NCBI GenBank assembly: GCA_024233305.1
Contig: JACKPV010000028.1
Span: 93,036-157,035, forward strand
Source: Verrucomicrobiales bacterium
Lineage (GTDB): Bacteria; Verrucomicrobiota; Verrucomicrobiia; Limisphaerales; J093
Direction of reading: 5' to 3'
DNA length: 64,000 nucleotides
Under the pieces are notes generated by a model, which was not told the DNA's origin, did no database searches, and saw nothing but the letters and a program-made list of their open reading frames with translations. Positions 1 to 9,722 of this stretch are shown piece by piece; the stretch's first letter is position 1, and every line of letters begins with the position of its first letter. A program made the position numbers and the translations under genes.

Positions 1-206
1 GGTAACCCTCCATTTGCGCGGGATCCATGCCGCCGTACGGCTGGGCGACGTAGATGATGGGAATGCCCCGCGGCGGGAAACAAGGCCGGAATCCTGGGAT
101 GGTTCGCAGTTCGCGGGGGGCGGGAATTTGGATTGCATCCGGTGCCCGGGCGCCTATACTGCGGGAAAGTTTGGCAACAGAACAGCATCAGCAATCCTTC
201 TCGACC

Positions 207-1133
207 ATGAGTGCAATCAAGCTGGTTCACGAACAGAACCGTCGTTCTTTCATCAAGACCACCCTCGCCGGCGCCGGGGCCTTGGTGGCGGGCCCTGCCC
301 TGCTGCGCGCCCAGGCTCCGGCGACCTCGGCCACGCGGGCGGGAGATCTGGTGACCCTCGGCAAGACCGGGATCAAGGCGTCCTTCCTCGCCCAGGGAAC
401 CGGCTACAACGGATATAACCGCTCGTCGGCGCAGACCCGGGCCGGCAAGGATTCTTTCGACCGGTTGGTCCGCCACAGCCTGGATCAAGGGGTGAACTTC
501 ATGGACATGGCGGACCTCTACGGCTCGCACCCCTTCGTCCGCGAAGTCCTCAAGGGCATCAACCGCGACCGCTACGTGTTGCTCTCCAAGATCTGGCCCC
601 GCAAGGCGGACTGGGTGAGCCCTTCGGGCGGCGCGAAATCCGAGGTCGACCGGTTCCGCCAGGAACTGAACACCGACATGCTCGATGTCTGCCTCATTCA
701 CTGCATGATGAACGATCAGTGGGTCGGCGAATACGAGCGCATCCGGGATGAACTGTCCGAGTTGAAGCAGAAGAAAATCATCCGGGCCGTCGGCGTTTCC
801 TGCCACGATTTCGGCGCCCTGAAGGTGGCGGCCGAACATGAGTGGGTGGACCTGATCTTCGCGCGGATCAACAACAAGGGCGGCGGCGAATACTCCATGG
901 ACGGCACGGTCGAGGAGGTCAGTGCGGTGCTCAAGAAGGCCCGCGCCAACGGCAAGGCCGTGGTCGGCATGAAGCTCTTTGGCGCCGGCAAGCTCGTCAA
1001 ACCCGAGGAAAAGGATGCCTCCCTGAAATACGTCATCGGCGAGCGGCTCGTGGACGCCATGACCATCGGCATGTGCAAACCGGAGGAGGTCGACGACTCG
1101 GTCGCCCGCATCGCCAAGGCCCTTGCTGCCTAG
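207..1133 (+). CDS. Aldo/keto reductase family oxidoreductase with twin-arginine (Tat) signal peptide
   Basis: There is an in-frame ATG at 207 inside ORF 54..1133. The N-terminus MSAIKLVHEQNRRSFIKTTLAGAGALVAGPALLRAQA has an RRSF motif, a hydrophobic core and an AxA site. The body (GVNFMDMADLYGSHP, IIRAVGVSCHD) looks AKR-like. Confidence 0.8.
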   Translation: MSAIKLVHEQNRRSFIKTTLAGAGALVAGPALLRAQAPATSATRAGDLVTLGKTGIKASFLAQGTGYNGYNRSSAQTRAGKDSFDRLVRHSLDQGVNFMDMADLYGSHPFVREVLKGINRDRYVLLSKIWPRKADWVSPSGGAKSEVDRFRQELNTDMLDVCLIHCMMNDQWVGEYERIRDELSELKQKKIIRAVGVSCHDFGALKVAAEHEWVDLIFARINNKGGGEYSMDGTVEEVSAVLKKARANGKAVVGMKLFGAGKLVKPEEKDASLKYVIGERLVDAMTIGMCKPEEVDDSVARIAKALAA

Positions 1134-1894
1134 TCGAATCCCGGACGGCGAGATCCCAGCTCCGGCTGCCCGAGCGGCGTTCTTCGGAACGCCGCTTTGC
1201 TGTTTGGAGCCCTGCCGCGGGATCGACCGCGCCATGCTCCACTACGAGACCTGCAACCGGGAGAAGCGCCCGGGAATCGCCGGGACGGGGGCCTGGCCCG
1301 GCGAGCAGGGTTGGCCGGCCGCAAGCCCCCGCTGGGGGAATGCACCCGCGCGGGGCCTGCCGGAACCGCCGTCCGCACCCGCCCCCCGGGCCCGGCTGTA
1401 GACGTCCAGGCGCGCAGCTCGGGTTTTCCCGACTCTGAACGGGCTGAGCAATCGGAGCACGGAATCCGTTCCGCCGGGTTCGCCACGAGTCAAGCCTGCG
1501 GCGGAGTGAGTGCCGCGATCCCAAACCGTCCAGCCGCAACCAGGCAGTTGGATTCACCACCAATGGGCGCTGATGGGCACTGATCTTGAGGGAAACCAGA
1601 ATCGCTCGCCCTGGGTTCGGACTCACCATTTAGTGAGTCTCTTGCCCTCTCCGCCAAGGCGGCAGTGCCGCGCCCCATCTGTGGCATCCGGGCCCATCCG
1701 TGGTCCATTGACGGAAGCGATACGGCCCGGAATGCGCCCGAGTTCCGGCATCGGACCAGAACCTTCTTGCTAGCATAAGGCCCGCGTGCTAAGGGACTGG
1801 CATTTACGATTCCAATGCGCAAATCGATGCACTCGCAGGAGGGAGACACCCGTTCGGGTGTTGAGGTTGCTGACCAGGGAAAGGACGGGAGGGA

Positions 1895-3751
1895 ATGAAC
1901 CACGCCAGCACGAAGGAGCTCGTTCAGGTCAGCCAGTCCACTGTGCGGTTCGCCGGGGATTCCGGCGACGGCATGCAACTGGTGGGAAACCAGTTCGCGG
2001 AACTCTGCTCGATGATGGGCAATGTCATCTGTTCCCTGCCGGACTTTCCCTCCGAGATCCGCGCCCCGGCGGGCTCGCTGGCGGGGGTCAGCGGCTACCA
2101 GCTCAGCTTCGGCGGACAGGATGTGACGACGCCGGGCGACGCGCCCTACGCCCTGGCGGCGATGAATCCCGCCGCCTTGAAGGTGAACCTCAAGGAGCTG
2201 CAGCCGGGCGGGATCGTCATGGTCAACGAGGACGAGTTCACCCCCGCGAACCTCGCCAAGGCGGCCTACGCCGTCAGCCCGCTGGATGACGGCTCGCTCG
2301 ACGGGTACCGGGTGATCGCCGTGCCGATGAGCCGGCTGACCGAGGACGCCACCCTCAACTCGGGGTTGTCCCCGTCGGAACGTAAGCGGTGCAAGAACTT
2401 CTTCGCGCTGGGCCTCGTGATGTGGCTTTACGACCGGCCGATGCAGCCGGTGCTCGAGTGGTTGATGCGGAAGTTCCAGAAGAACCCGGCGGTCATGGCC
2501 GCGAACGGCGCCAGCGTGCGGGCGGGTTACAATTACGCCAACACCACGGAGCTGTTCCGCGTGCATTACCAGGTGGCGCGCGCCTCCCTGCCGCGGGGCA
2601 CGTACCGGCGGGTGAACGGCAACGAAGCGGCCGCCATGGGCTGCATCGCCGGCGCCGCCAAGTGCGAACGCCTGCTCGTCTACGCCGGTTACCCCATCAC
2701 GCCCGCCAGCGAAATCCTCCAGGAACTGTCCAAGCGGAAGGAGTTCGGCGTGCGCATGATCCAGGCCGAGGATGAAATCGCCGCCTGCTGCGCCGCCATC
2801 GGCGCCGCCTTTGCCGGGGCGGTGGCCGTCACCGCGACCAGCGGTCCCGGGCTGGCCCTCAAAATCGAGGCCATGGGTCTGGCGGTCATGACCGAGCTGC
2901 CGCTGGTGATCATCAACGTGCAGCGGGCGGGCCCGAGCACGGGCATGCCCACCAAGACCGAGCAGGCGGACCTGCTGATGGCCCTCTACGGGCGGCCCGG
3001 CGAATCGCCCGCGGTGGTGCTCGCCGCCGCCACTCCCAAGGACTGCTTCCACATGGCCTTCGAGGCGGTGCGGCTGGCTACCAAATACATGACGCCCGTG
3101 ATCCTGCTGAGTGACAGCTTCCTGGCGAACAGCGCCGAACCGTTCGCCGTCCCGGATCCCGAGAGACTCCCCAACCTCCGCGTCGAGCCCCCCGCCTCCC
3201 CGGAAGGCTTCGCGCCCTACCGCCGCAACCCGCAGACCCTCGCCCGTCCGTGGGCCGTCCCCGGCATGAAAGGGTTCGAACATCGCATCGGCGGGCTGGA
3301 GAAGGAGGACGTCACCGGCACGGTGACCTACGACGCGGACAATCATCGCCGCATGGTGGACCTGCGGGCACGCAAGATTGCGCAAATCGCCAACGACATC
3401 AAACCCGCGGAAGTGGTTGGCGCGACGTCGGGACGCCTGCTCGTGGTGGGTTGGGGCAGCACGCACGGGGCAATTTCCGCCGCCGTGAGCCAGCTGGTTC
3501 AGGAGGGCCATCAGGTGGGCCATCTGCACCTGCGCCACCTCAACCCCATGCCCGCGAACCTGGCCGAAGTCATCAGCAAGTTCGACCGGATCCTCGTCCC
3601 GGAAAACAACGCCGGGCAATTGAGCGTGATCCTCCGCAGCCGTTTCGGCACGCACATTGAAAGCCTGAACAAGGTCGAAGGTCGCCCGTTCTTGGTGCGG
3701 GAAATCCGCGCCGCCATGGAAGGAATTCTCAGCCGTGAACACGCCAACTGA
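1895..3751 (+). CDS. korA: 2-oxoacid (2-oxoglutarate-type):ferredoxin oxidoreductase, alpha subunit
   Basis: 618-aa ORF with ATG at 1895 preceded by gggaggga. The N-terminus VRFAGDSGDGMQLVGNQF and the ITPASEILQEL / TSGPGLALK motifs are typical of KorA-type fused alpha/gamma subunits. Substrate specificity is not determinable from sequence. Confidence 0.88.
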   Translation: MNHASTKELVQVSQSTVRFAGDSGDGMQLVGNQFAELCSMMGNVICSLPDFPSEIRAPAGSLAGVSGYQLSFGGQDVTTPGDAPYALAAMNPAALKVNLKELQPGGIVMVNEDEFTPANLAKAAYAVSPLDDGSLDGYRVIAVPMSRLTEDATLNSGLSPSERKRCKNFFALGLVMWLYDRPMQPVLEWLMRKFQKNPAVMAANGASVRAGYNYANTTELFRVHYQVARASLPRGTYRRVNGNEAAAMGCIAGAAKCERLLVYAGYPITPASEILQELSKRKEFGVRMIQAEDEIAACCAAIGAAFAGAVAVTATSGPGLALKIEAMGLAVMTELPLVIINVQRAGPSTGMPTKTEQADLLMALYGRPGESPAVVLAAATPKDCFHMAFEAVRLATKYMTPVILLSDSFLANSAEPFAVPDPERLPNLRVEPPASPEGFAPYRRNPQTLARPWAVPGMKGFEHRIGGLEKEDVTGTVTYDADNHRRMVDLRARKIAQIANDIKPAEVVGATSGRLLVVGWGSTHGAISAAVSQLVQEGHQVGHLHLRHLNPMPANLAEVISKFDRILVPENNAGQLSVILRSRFGTHIESLNKVEGRPFLVREIRAAMEGILSREHAN

Positions 3752-4808
3752 CCCCCCCCTGCCGGCTCCCCTGCCGACGCCCCAGGCCCCCAACATCGAT
3801 TGTCTGCGGGATCTGACCCGCAAGGACTTTCAGACCAAACAGGAAGTCCGCTGGTGCCCCGGCTGCGGCGACTATGCCATCCTGACCCAGATCCAGAAGT
3901 TGCTCCCCACGCTGGGCATCCCCCGCGAGCGCTTTGTCTTCGTCTCCGGCATCGGCTGTTCCTCGCGTTTCCCCTACTACATCAACACCTTCGGGTTCCA
4001 CGGCATCCACGGGCGCGCCCCCGCCATCGCCATGGGTGTCAAGGCGGCGAATCCCGACCTTTCCGTGTGGGTGGTGACCGGCGACGGCGACGGCCTCTCG
4101 ATCGGGACCAATCACCTCATCCACTGTCTCCGGCGCAACATCGACATCAACATCCTGCTCTTCAACAACCGCATCTACGGGTTGACCAAGGGGCAGTATT
4201 CCCCCACCTCCGAGTTCGGCAAGGTCACCAAGTCCAGTCCATTGGGGACCATCGAGCATCCGGTCCGGCCCATCCAGATGGCGCTCGCCGCCGAGGCCAC
4301 CTTCGTGGCCCGTACGGTGGCCGCAGATCCCGCGCACATGGCGCAGACCCTCGAGGCGGCCGCCCGCCACAAGGGAGCTTCGTTCATCGAGATCCTCCAG
4401 AACTGCCGGGTCTTCAACGACGGCACGTTCGATCAGGTCAATCAGCGCAAGAACGTCGACGACCGGATCATCCTCGAACACGGCAAGCCGGTGCGCTTCG
4501 GTCCCAATGGGTCGCGGGGCGTCGTGGTACGGAACATGCAGCCCGAGATCGTCGAGATCGCCCCTGCAACGACGGACGTCCCCGGGTTGCTGGTACATGA
4601 TGAGCGGGCGGATTCCCCGGCCCTGGCCGCCCTGCTGGCCGCCCTCGAACCACCGCAGTTTCCGACCGCGCTCGGCGTGTTCCGCGCCCGTGAGGAACCC
4701 ACTTACGAGGAGATGATGGTGCAGCAGATCGAGGCCTACCAGGCCAGGCGTGGCCCTGGGGATCTCCGGCGGCTGTTCGCCTCTGGCGCGACCTGGCAGA
4801 TCGACTGA
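3735..4808 (+). CDS. korB: 2-oxoacid:ferredoxin oxidoreductase, beta (TPP-binding) subunit
   Basis: GTG start at 3735 overlaps the korA 3' end. It carries the WCPGCGDYAIL motif and the TPP-binding motif GDGDGLSIGTNHLIH..NNRIYGLTKGQ. Confidence 0.88.
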   Translation: MNTPTDPPLPAPLPTPQAPNIDCLRDLTRKDFQTKQEVRWCPGCGDYAILTQIQKLLPTLGIPRERFVFVSGIGCSSRFPYYINTFGFHGIHGRAPAIAMGVKAANPDLSVWVVTGDGDGLSIGTNHLIHCLRRNIDINILLFNNRIYGLTKGQYSPTSEFGKVTKSSPLGTIEHPVRPIQMALAAEATFVARTVAADPAHMAQTLEAAARHKGASFIEILQNCRVFNDGTFDQVNQRKNVDDRIILEHGKPVRFGPNGSRGVVVRNMQPEIVEIAPATTDVPGLLVHDERADSPALAALLAALEPPQFPTALGVFRAREEPTYEEMMVQQIEAYQARRGPGDLRRLFASGATWQID

Positions 4809-4812
4809 GCTG

Positions 4813-6255
4813 ATGCCCCCCGCCGAGGCATGCGACGCGCCCTTGCCCGAGCTGGCCGTTTACCGACTGGCCCATGGCGAGGCGCCCGTCGCCGGGCCGG
4901 CCCACGAGCCGGTCAGCCTCGACTGGAACGTTGAGTTGCTGCACCAGAACGCCGCTTGGTTCTGCCGGCTGCGGTGGCTGGTGATCGGCGTGCTGGCGGT
5001 GGCAGGGGCCGCGGCGTCCGGCTGGGACTCCCCTTTTCTCCGCGGGCTTCACCTGCGACCCGGCTGGCTGCTTCCGGTGGCCGCGCTGCTGGGCGCGATG
5101 AACCTCGCCTACGCCGCCCTGCTCCGCCGTCCCCCTGCCCGCCAGGAAGCCGTGAAGCTGCGCCGCCTGCTGTGGGTACAGATCGCCGTGGACCTCGTGG
5201 CGCTTACCGTGGTGGTCCATTTCCTCGGCAGCACCGACAGTGCCGCGCCGTTCATGTATTTGTTCCACCTCATCCTGGCGTGCATCTTCTTCCCGCCCCG
5301 GCAGAGTCTCGTGGTCACCCTGCTCGCCGCCTTTCTCCACCTGGCGGATGTCGGGCTTGGCAGCCTCGCCGGGCCGGTCGGCGACGCCGCGGACGTATCC
5401 CCTGCGTTTCCGATGCTCCGGAGCCTGGGGAACGTGTCCATCTGGGCGGTGATCTGGTACCTGGCATCGAAGCTTGCCCGCGCAGTGCGCGATCGTGATC
5501 GCGAACTGGCGGCGGCGAACGCCCGCTTGGTGGCAAGCTGCGATGAACGGGCGCGTCACATGCTGCAAACCACCCACCAGCTCAAGGCACCCTTCGCCGC
5601 CATCCACGCGAACATCCAACTGCTCCTGGCCGGCATCTGCGGGCCCCTTCCCCCGAAGGCGGTGGATGTCGTCCGGCGGATGGCCGCCCGCTGCCTCGCC
5701 CTGTCCCAGCAGATCCAGGACATGATCCAGCTCGCCAACCTTCGTTCCGCCGCCCAATCCAACCCCGGCGCCGCCGAACTCGACGTGGCCGAGTTGCTTG
5801 CCCGCACCATCAGCCGCCTCCAACCCACCGCCACCGCCCGGGGAGTCCGTATCGATCCCGACCTCACGCCGGCTCCGGTCCGCGCGGTCGAGGACCACCT
5901 GCGCATGGTGGTCGACAACCTGCTGAGCAACGCCATCAACTACTCCCACGAAGGAGGCCTGGTCACGGTCGGTTGCCAGCCCCGCGCGAACCGCGGCGCG
6001 CGCCTCCTCGTGGCCGATCAGGGAATCGGCATTCCCAAGGAGAAGCTGCCCCGCATCTTCGAGGACTATTTCCGCACCAACGAGGCAGCACATCACAACC
6101 CCTCCTCGACCGGACTGGGCTTGGCAATCGTGCGCGATGTGACCCGCCTGGCGGGGATGGACCTCGAGGTGGAAACGGCGGTGGGTCGGGGCACCCGATT
6201 CACCTTGACCATTCCGCCGTCGCCGGTTACGTCGGGTCGTGCGGCGAATCCTTGA
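4813..6255 (+). CDS. Membrane-bound sensor histidine kinase
   Basis: ATG at 4813, 5 nt after the korB stop. Several N-terminal hydrophobic helices are followed by an H-box-like THQLKAPFAAIHANIQLL and an HATPase region (NLLSNAINYS, DQGIGIP, STGLGLAIV). Confidence 0.8.
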   Translation: MPPAEACDAPLPELAVYRLAHGEAPVAGPAHEPVSLDWNVELLHQNAAWFCRLRWLVIGVLAVAGAAASGWDSPFLRGLHLRPGWLLPVAALLGAMNLAYAALLRRPPARQEAVKLRRLLWVQIAVDLVALTVVVHFLGSTDSAAPFMYLFHLILACIFFPPRQSLVVTLLAAFLHLADVGLGSLAGPVGDAADVSPAFPMLRSLGNVSIWAVIWYLASKLARAVRDRDRELAAANARLVASCDERARHMLQTTHQLKAPFAAIHANIQLLLAGICGPLPPKAVDVVRRMAARCLALSQQIQDMIQLANLRSAAQSNPGAAELDVAELLARTISRLQPTATARGVRIDPDLTPAPVRAVEDHLRMVVDNLLSNAINYSHEGGLVTVGCQPRANRGARLLVADQGIGIPKEKLPRIFEDYFRTNEAAHHNPSSTGLGLAIVRDVTRLAGMDLEVETAVGRGTRFTLTIPPSPVTSGRAANP

Positions 6256-6263
6256 TCTGTTTT

Positions 6264-6662
6264 ATGGCCTACCTTCTGATTGTTGACGATGACGCCGACT
6301 TCTCGGCGGCGGTGAAGACCCTCTGCGAGTCCGACGGACACCAAGCGACCGTGGAAGCCAATCCCCAGGCGGTGCTCGACCAGATCAAGACCCGCCGGCC
6401 CGACGCCCTGATCCTGGACGTCATGTTCCCCGAGAATCCCAGCGCTGGATTCGAGATCGCGCGGTCGGTGCGCCGGCAGCATCCTGATCTTCCCATCCTC
6501 ATGCTCACCGCCGTGAACCAGCGTTTCCCGCTCGGCTTCAGCAGCCAGGACATCGATTCGACCTGGCTGCCCGTCACCGAGTTCATCGAGAAGCCGGTCG
6601 ACTTCGAGGCCCTGCGCACGAAGATCGCCGGCTTGGTGTTGCGGGCGGACGTCGATTCTTGA
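6264..6662 (+). CDS. Single-domain response regulator (receiver only)
   Basis: ATG at 6264. MAYLLIVDDDADF...PDALILDVMFP...MLTA..., about 132 aa with no output domain. Confidence 0.8.
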   Translation: MAYLLIVDDDADFSAAVKTLCESDGHQATVEANPQAVLDQIKTRRPDALILDVMFPENPSAGFEIARSVRRQHPDLPILMLTAVNQRFPLGFSSQDIDSTWLPVTEFIEKPVDFEALRTKIAGLVLRADVDS

Positions 6663-6858
6663 ACCGTCCCGCTTCATTGCCGCGCCACCGCTGACGTTCG
6701 GTCGACGACGGGATCCAAGAGGCCTCCGGCCCCGCCGGAAGTCGGGCTTGCTGCGGAAAGCACTCCGCGTTCCGACAAAGCCGGGCTGCGCCCCCCGCTT
6801 CCCCGTTGATGCGGTTTGATGCTGTCGCCGGGTGCGGGTCGCGTTAGGCTCTCGCGCC

Positions 6859-8136
6859 ATGTTCACAATCGAGCATCTGGACGCCCTGGAAATCCTCGAC
6901 AGCCGCGGCCGTCCCACGGTGCAGGCCGTCTGCCGGTTGCGCGGTCATCCGCCGGTGACCGCCTCGGTTCCGTCCGGGGCCTCGACCGGGGCCGCGGAGG
7001 CCCACGAACTCCGCGACCAGGATCCCGGACGCTACCGCGGGCTTGGGTGTCGCCGGGCGGTGGAGAACATCCGTTCGGTGATTCAGCCCGCGGTCGTCGG
7101 GCGTGCTTTTTCCGAACAGGCAGCGCTGGATGAGCGGTTGATCGAGTTGGACGGTACGCCGGACAAATCCCGGCTGGGAGCGAATGCCGTGCTGGCGGTA
7201 TCGATCGCCTTTGCCCGGGCCGCCGCCCGCGCCGACGGCATCCCGTTGTATGCGCACTTCGCCCGGATGGCCGGGATCGAAGTGCGCACGCTCCCGCGGC
7301 TGACGATCAACCTGTTCAGCGGCGGGAAGCACGCCGGGGCCCAGGCGGCGATTCAAGACGTGCTGCTCGTGCCCGTGGCGGCCCCGACCATCGACGACGG
7401 CCTGGCAATGACCTTCGCCGTTTACCAGACCGCCGCGGAGTTGATCGCGCGCCGGTATGGCATGCGACTCCTGCGCGCCGACGAGGGCGGACTGGCGCCG
7501 GATTTCCCCGGTTCCGAGGCCATGCTGGCGGACGCCGTCGAGGCGATGCGACTGGCGGGTCTGCAACCGGGACGGGAAATCGCGCTGGCCGTGGACGTGG
7601 CTTCCAGCCATTTCTTCCGCGGGGGGTGCTATCACCTGGGGACGACCCCGCTCGACAGCGGCGCGATGGTGGCGGAACTCGAAGGTTGGGCGCGGCGGTA
7701 CCCGATCGTGAGTCTGGAGGACGGCCTGGCGGAAGATGACTGGTCGCATTGGCCGCGGTTGACGGAGCGCTTGGGAAGCCGGTTGCTGGTACTGGGCGAT
7801 GACTTCCTTTGCACCAATCCCGACCGCCTCCGACGGGCGATCGCGGCCCGGGCAGCGACCGCCCTGCTCCTCAAGGTGAACCAGATCGGCACGCTGACCG
7901 AAGCACTGGCGGCCTGTCAACTGGGCCGCCAGGCCGGCTGGCAGGTCACCATCAGCGCGCGCAGCGGCGAAACCGAGGACGACTGGCTCGCCGATCTGGC
8001 GGTAGGCTGGGCCGGAGACCAGATCAAGATCGGTTCGATCACCCAGTCGGAACGTCTGGCCAAGTACAACCGCCTGCTCGCCATCGAACGGGAAACCGGC
8101 CTCCCGGTCGTCGACTGGCCCAAGGCGGGACCCTGA
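6859..8136 (+). CDS. eno: Enolase-family protein (divergent phosphopyruvate hydratase paralogue)
   Basis: MFTIEHLDALEILDSRGRPTV, SGASTGAAEAHELRD, ADEGGLAP, SLEDGL, LGDDFLCTN, LLLKVNQIGT and QIKIGS..SERLAKYN are all present. Two conserved active-site positions deviate: QEF becomes QDV, and SHRSGETED becomes SARSGETED. Confidence 0.85.
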   Translation: MFTIEHLDALEILDSRGRPTVQAVCRLRGHPPVTASVPSGASTGAAEAHELRDQDPGRYRGLGCRRAVENIRSVIQPAVVGRAFSEQAALDERLIELDGTPDKSRLGANAVLAVSIAFARAAARADGIPLYAHFARMAGIEVRTLPRLTINLFSGGKHAGAQAAIQDVLLVPVAAPTIDDGLAMTFAVYQTAAELIARRYGMRLLRADEGGLAPDFPGSEAMLADAVEAMRLAGLQPGREIALAVDVASSHFFRGGCYHLGTTPLDSGAMVAELEGWARRYPIVSLEDGLAEDDWSHWPRLTERLGSRLLVLGDDFLCTNPDRLRRAIAARAATALLLKVNQIGTLTEALAACQLGRQAGWQVTISARSGETEDDWLADLAVGWAGDQIKIGSITQSERLAKYNRLLAIERETGLPVVDWPKAGP

Positions 8137-9186
8137 GTGATCCCCGTCGCGCCCCCCATGCGCGCTTCCGTCCGATCCCCTCTGGTCTCGGTCGTAATGG
8201 CAGTCCGCAACGCGGCGGCGACCGTCGAGGCGGCCATCCGGAGCATCGAGCGCCAGACCCTCGCGGACTGGGAGTTCGTCGTTGTGGATGACGGCTCCAC
8301 TGACGGGACTTCCGGGCGGCTGGATGAAGCCCGCCGCCGGGACCCTCGGATTCGCGTCGTTCGCGCCCCGCATGCCGGGCTGACGCCGGCGTTGAACACC
8401 GGGTTGACGGAGGCCCGAGGGACCTTTATTGCCCGCATGGACGCCGACGACGTTTCCGATCGCGAGCGACTCGCGGCCCAGGTCACCTTGTTGGCAGCGG
8501 ACCCCACGTTGGGCGCGGCAAGCGGTCTCGTGGAGTTCGGTGGCGATCGGGTTCAAAGTGAAGGCTACGCCCGTCACGTCGACTGGTTGAACAGCCTCCG
8601 CACCCCGGACGAGATTGCCCTGAACCGCTTTGTGGAATCACCGGTCGCCAATCCCTCGGCAATGTTCCGTCGGGAATTGATCAATCGATGGGGCGGGTAT
8701 CGCGAGGGCGACTTCCCCGAGGACTACGAATTCTGGCTGCGGTGGTTCGAGGGCGGCCTGCGAATGGGCAAGACGTCCCGCGTGCTGCTCACCTGGAACG
8801 ATCCGCCGGATCGCCTCACCCGCCGCGATCCCCGTTACGCCGCCGCGGCCTTCTACGCCATCAAGGCCGCCTACCTGGCCCGCGAAATCCGGCGGTTGCG
8901 CCATGGTCGCGAGGTCTGGATCTGGGGCGCCGGCCGACGGACCCGCCGCCGCGTGGACCCCCTCATTGCAGAGGGAATCGCGGTGGACGGGTTCATCGAC
9001 ATCGATCCCCGCAAAGCCGCGGCGGGAAGACTGCCGATCCCCGTGGTGCTTCCCCTCGACATGCCCTCCGCAGAACGAGCGTTCGTCGTCGGCTACGTTG
9101 GCAAACGCGGTGCCCGCGAACTCATCCGGAACGACCTGGCGACGCGCGGCTACGTCGAAGGCCGGGATTTCCTGATGGCAGCCTGA
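8137..9186 (+). CDS. Family 2 glycosyltransferase
   Basis: GTG at 8137 lies directly after the enolase stop; an alternative ATG is at 8158. VSVVMAVRNAAATVEAAIRSIERQTLADWEFVVVDDGSTDGT and ARMDADD are GT2 hallmarks. Confidence 0.8.
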   Translation: MIPVAPPMRASVRSPLVSVVMAVRNAAATVEAAIRSIERQTLADWEFVVVDDGSTDGTSGRLDEARRRDPRIRVVRAPHAGLTPALNTGLTEARGTFIARMDADDVSDRERLAAQVTLLAADPTLGAASGLVEFGGDRVQSEGYARHVDWLNSLRTPDEIALNRFVESPVANPSAMFRRELINRWGGYREGDFPEDYEFWLRWFEGGLRMGKTSRVLLTWNDPPDRLTRRDPRYAAAAFYAIKAAYLAREIRRLRHGREVWIWGAGRRTRRRVDPLIAEGIAVDGFIDIDPRKAAAGRLPIPVVLPLDMPSAERAFVVGYVGKRGARELIRNDLATRGYVEGRDFLMAA

Positions 9187-9524
9187 AGGGACGCTTTCCT
9201 GCAGCGTCGACTGCCTCTCCGGACGCCCACATCGAACGCCCACCACGGGAAAGCACCCAGTCACTGAACTCGCGGAATCACCTCCCCCCGCATGATGGAC
9301 ACGGCGGCCAGGCCCGTCGATCGAGGTCGGTCGGCAAACCCGGACGCCGTTCCGCATACGCTCCCGCTGACCTCGGTATGACGAGGACCGTGGACACCCG
9401 CCGCAGGGCTTTCGATGCGTCGGATCTCACCGCGGCCGGTGGGATTCCCAGCCCGGCGCAATGGCTTGCTCAGCATGGCTTGAGGAGCGTTGCGAGGCAT
9501 CGCGGAGTCAGCTAGATTCGGCGC

Positions 9525-9719
9525 ATGACGATTCAGATGCTCAAGGCGGAGGTTGAAGCCCTGTCGGCCGACGAGCGGAGGAGGCTGGCGGCTTTTCTCG
9601 TTGCCTTGCGGCACAAGGACCTCGCGGCGTATCGATCCCGCATGACCGAGAAGATGGACGATAAGGCTCCCGAGAATTGGCTCACCCTGGAGGAGTTCGA
9701 CGCGCGATTGGAGTCCTGA
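9525..9719 (+). CDS. Putative antitoxin (addiction-module component)
   Basis: 64-aa ORF lying 4 nt upstream of a RelE/ParE-like ORF. The small helical acidic/basic sequence AEVEALSADERRRLAAFL resembles TIGR02574-type antitoxins. Confidence 0.5.
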   Translation: MTIQMLKAEVEALSADERRRLAAFLVALRHKDLAAYRSRMTEKMDDKAPENWLTLEEFDARLES

Positions 9720-9722
9720 ACG

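Noticed and set aside
1-190. A minus-strand frame reading ...[23 protein letters not shown] at the left edge, with good GC3 bias
   Set aside because: It looks coding, but the frame has an upstream stop at 188..190 and no ATG/GTG/TTG start before the conserved-looking part. It is too short and truncated by the window edge to call. It may be a gene fragment, or its start is mis-read.
1490-3823. 777-aa minus-strand ORF covering the korA region
   Set aside because: It is antisense to a gene with clear family motifs. Its translation is Arg/Gly/His/Pro-rich low-complexity sequence typical of high-GC shadow frames.
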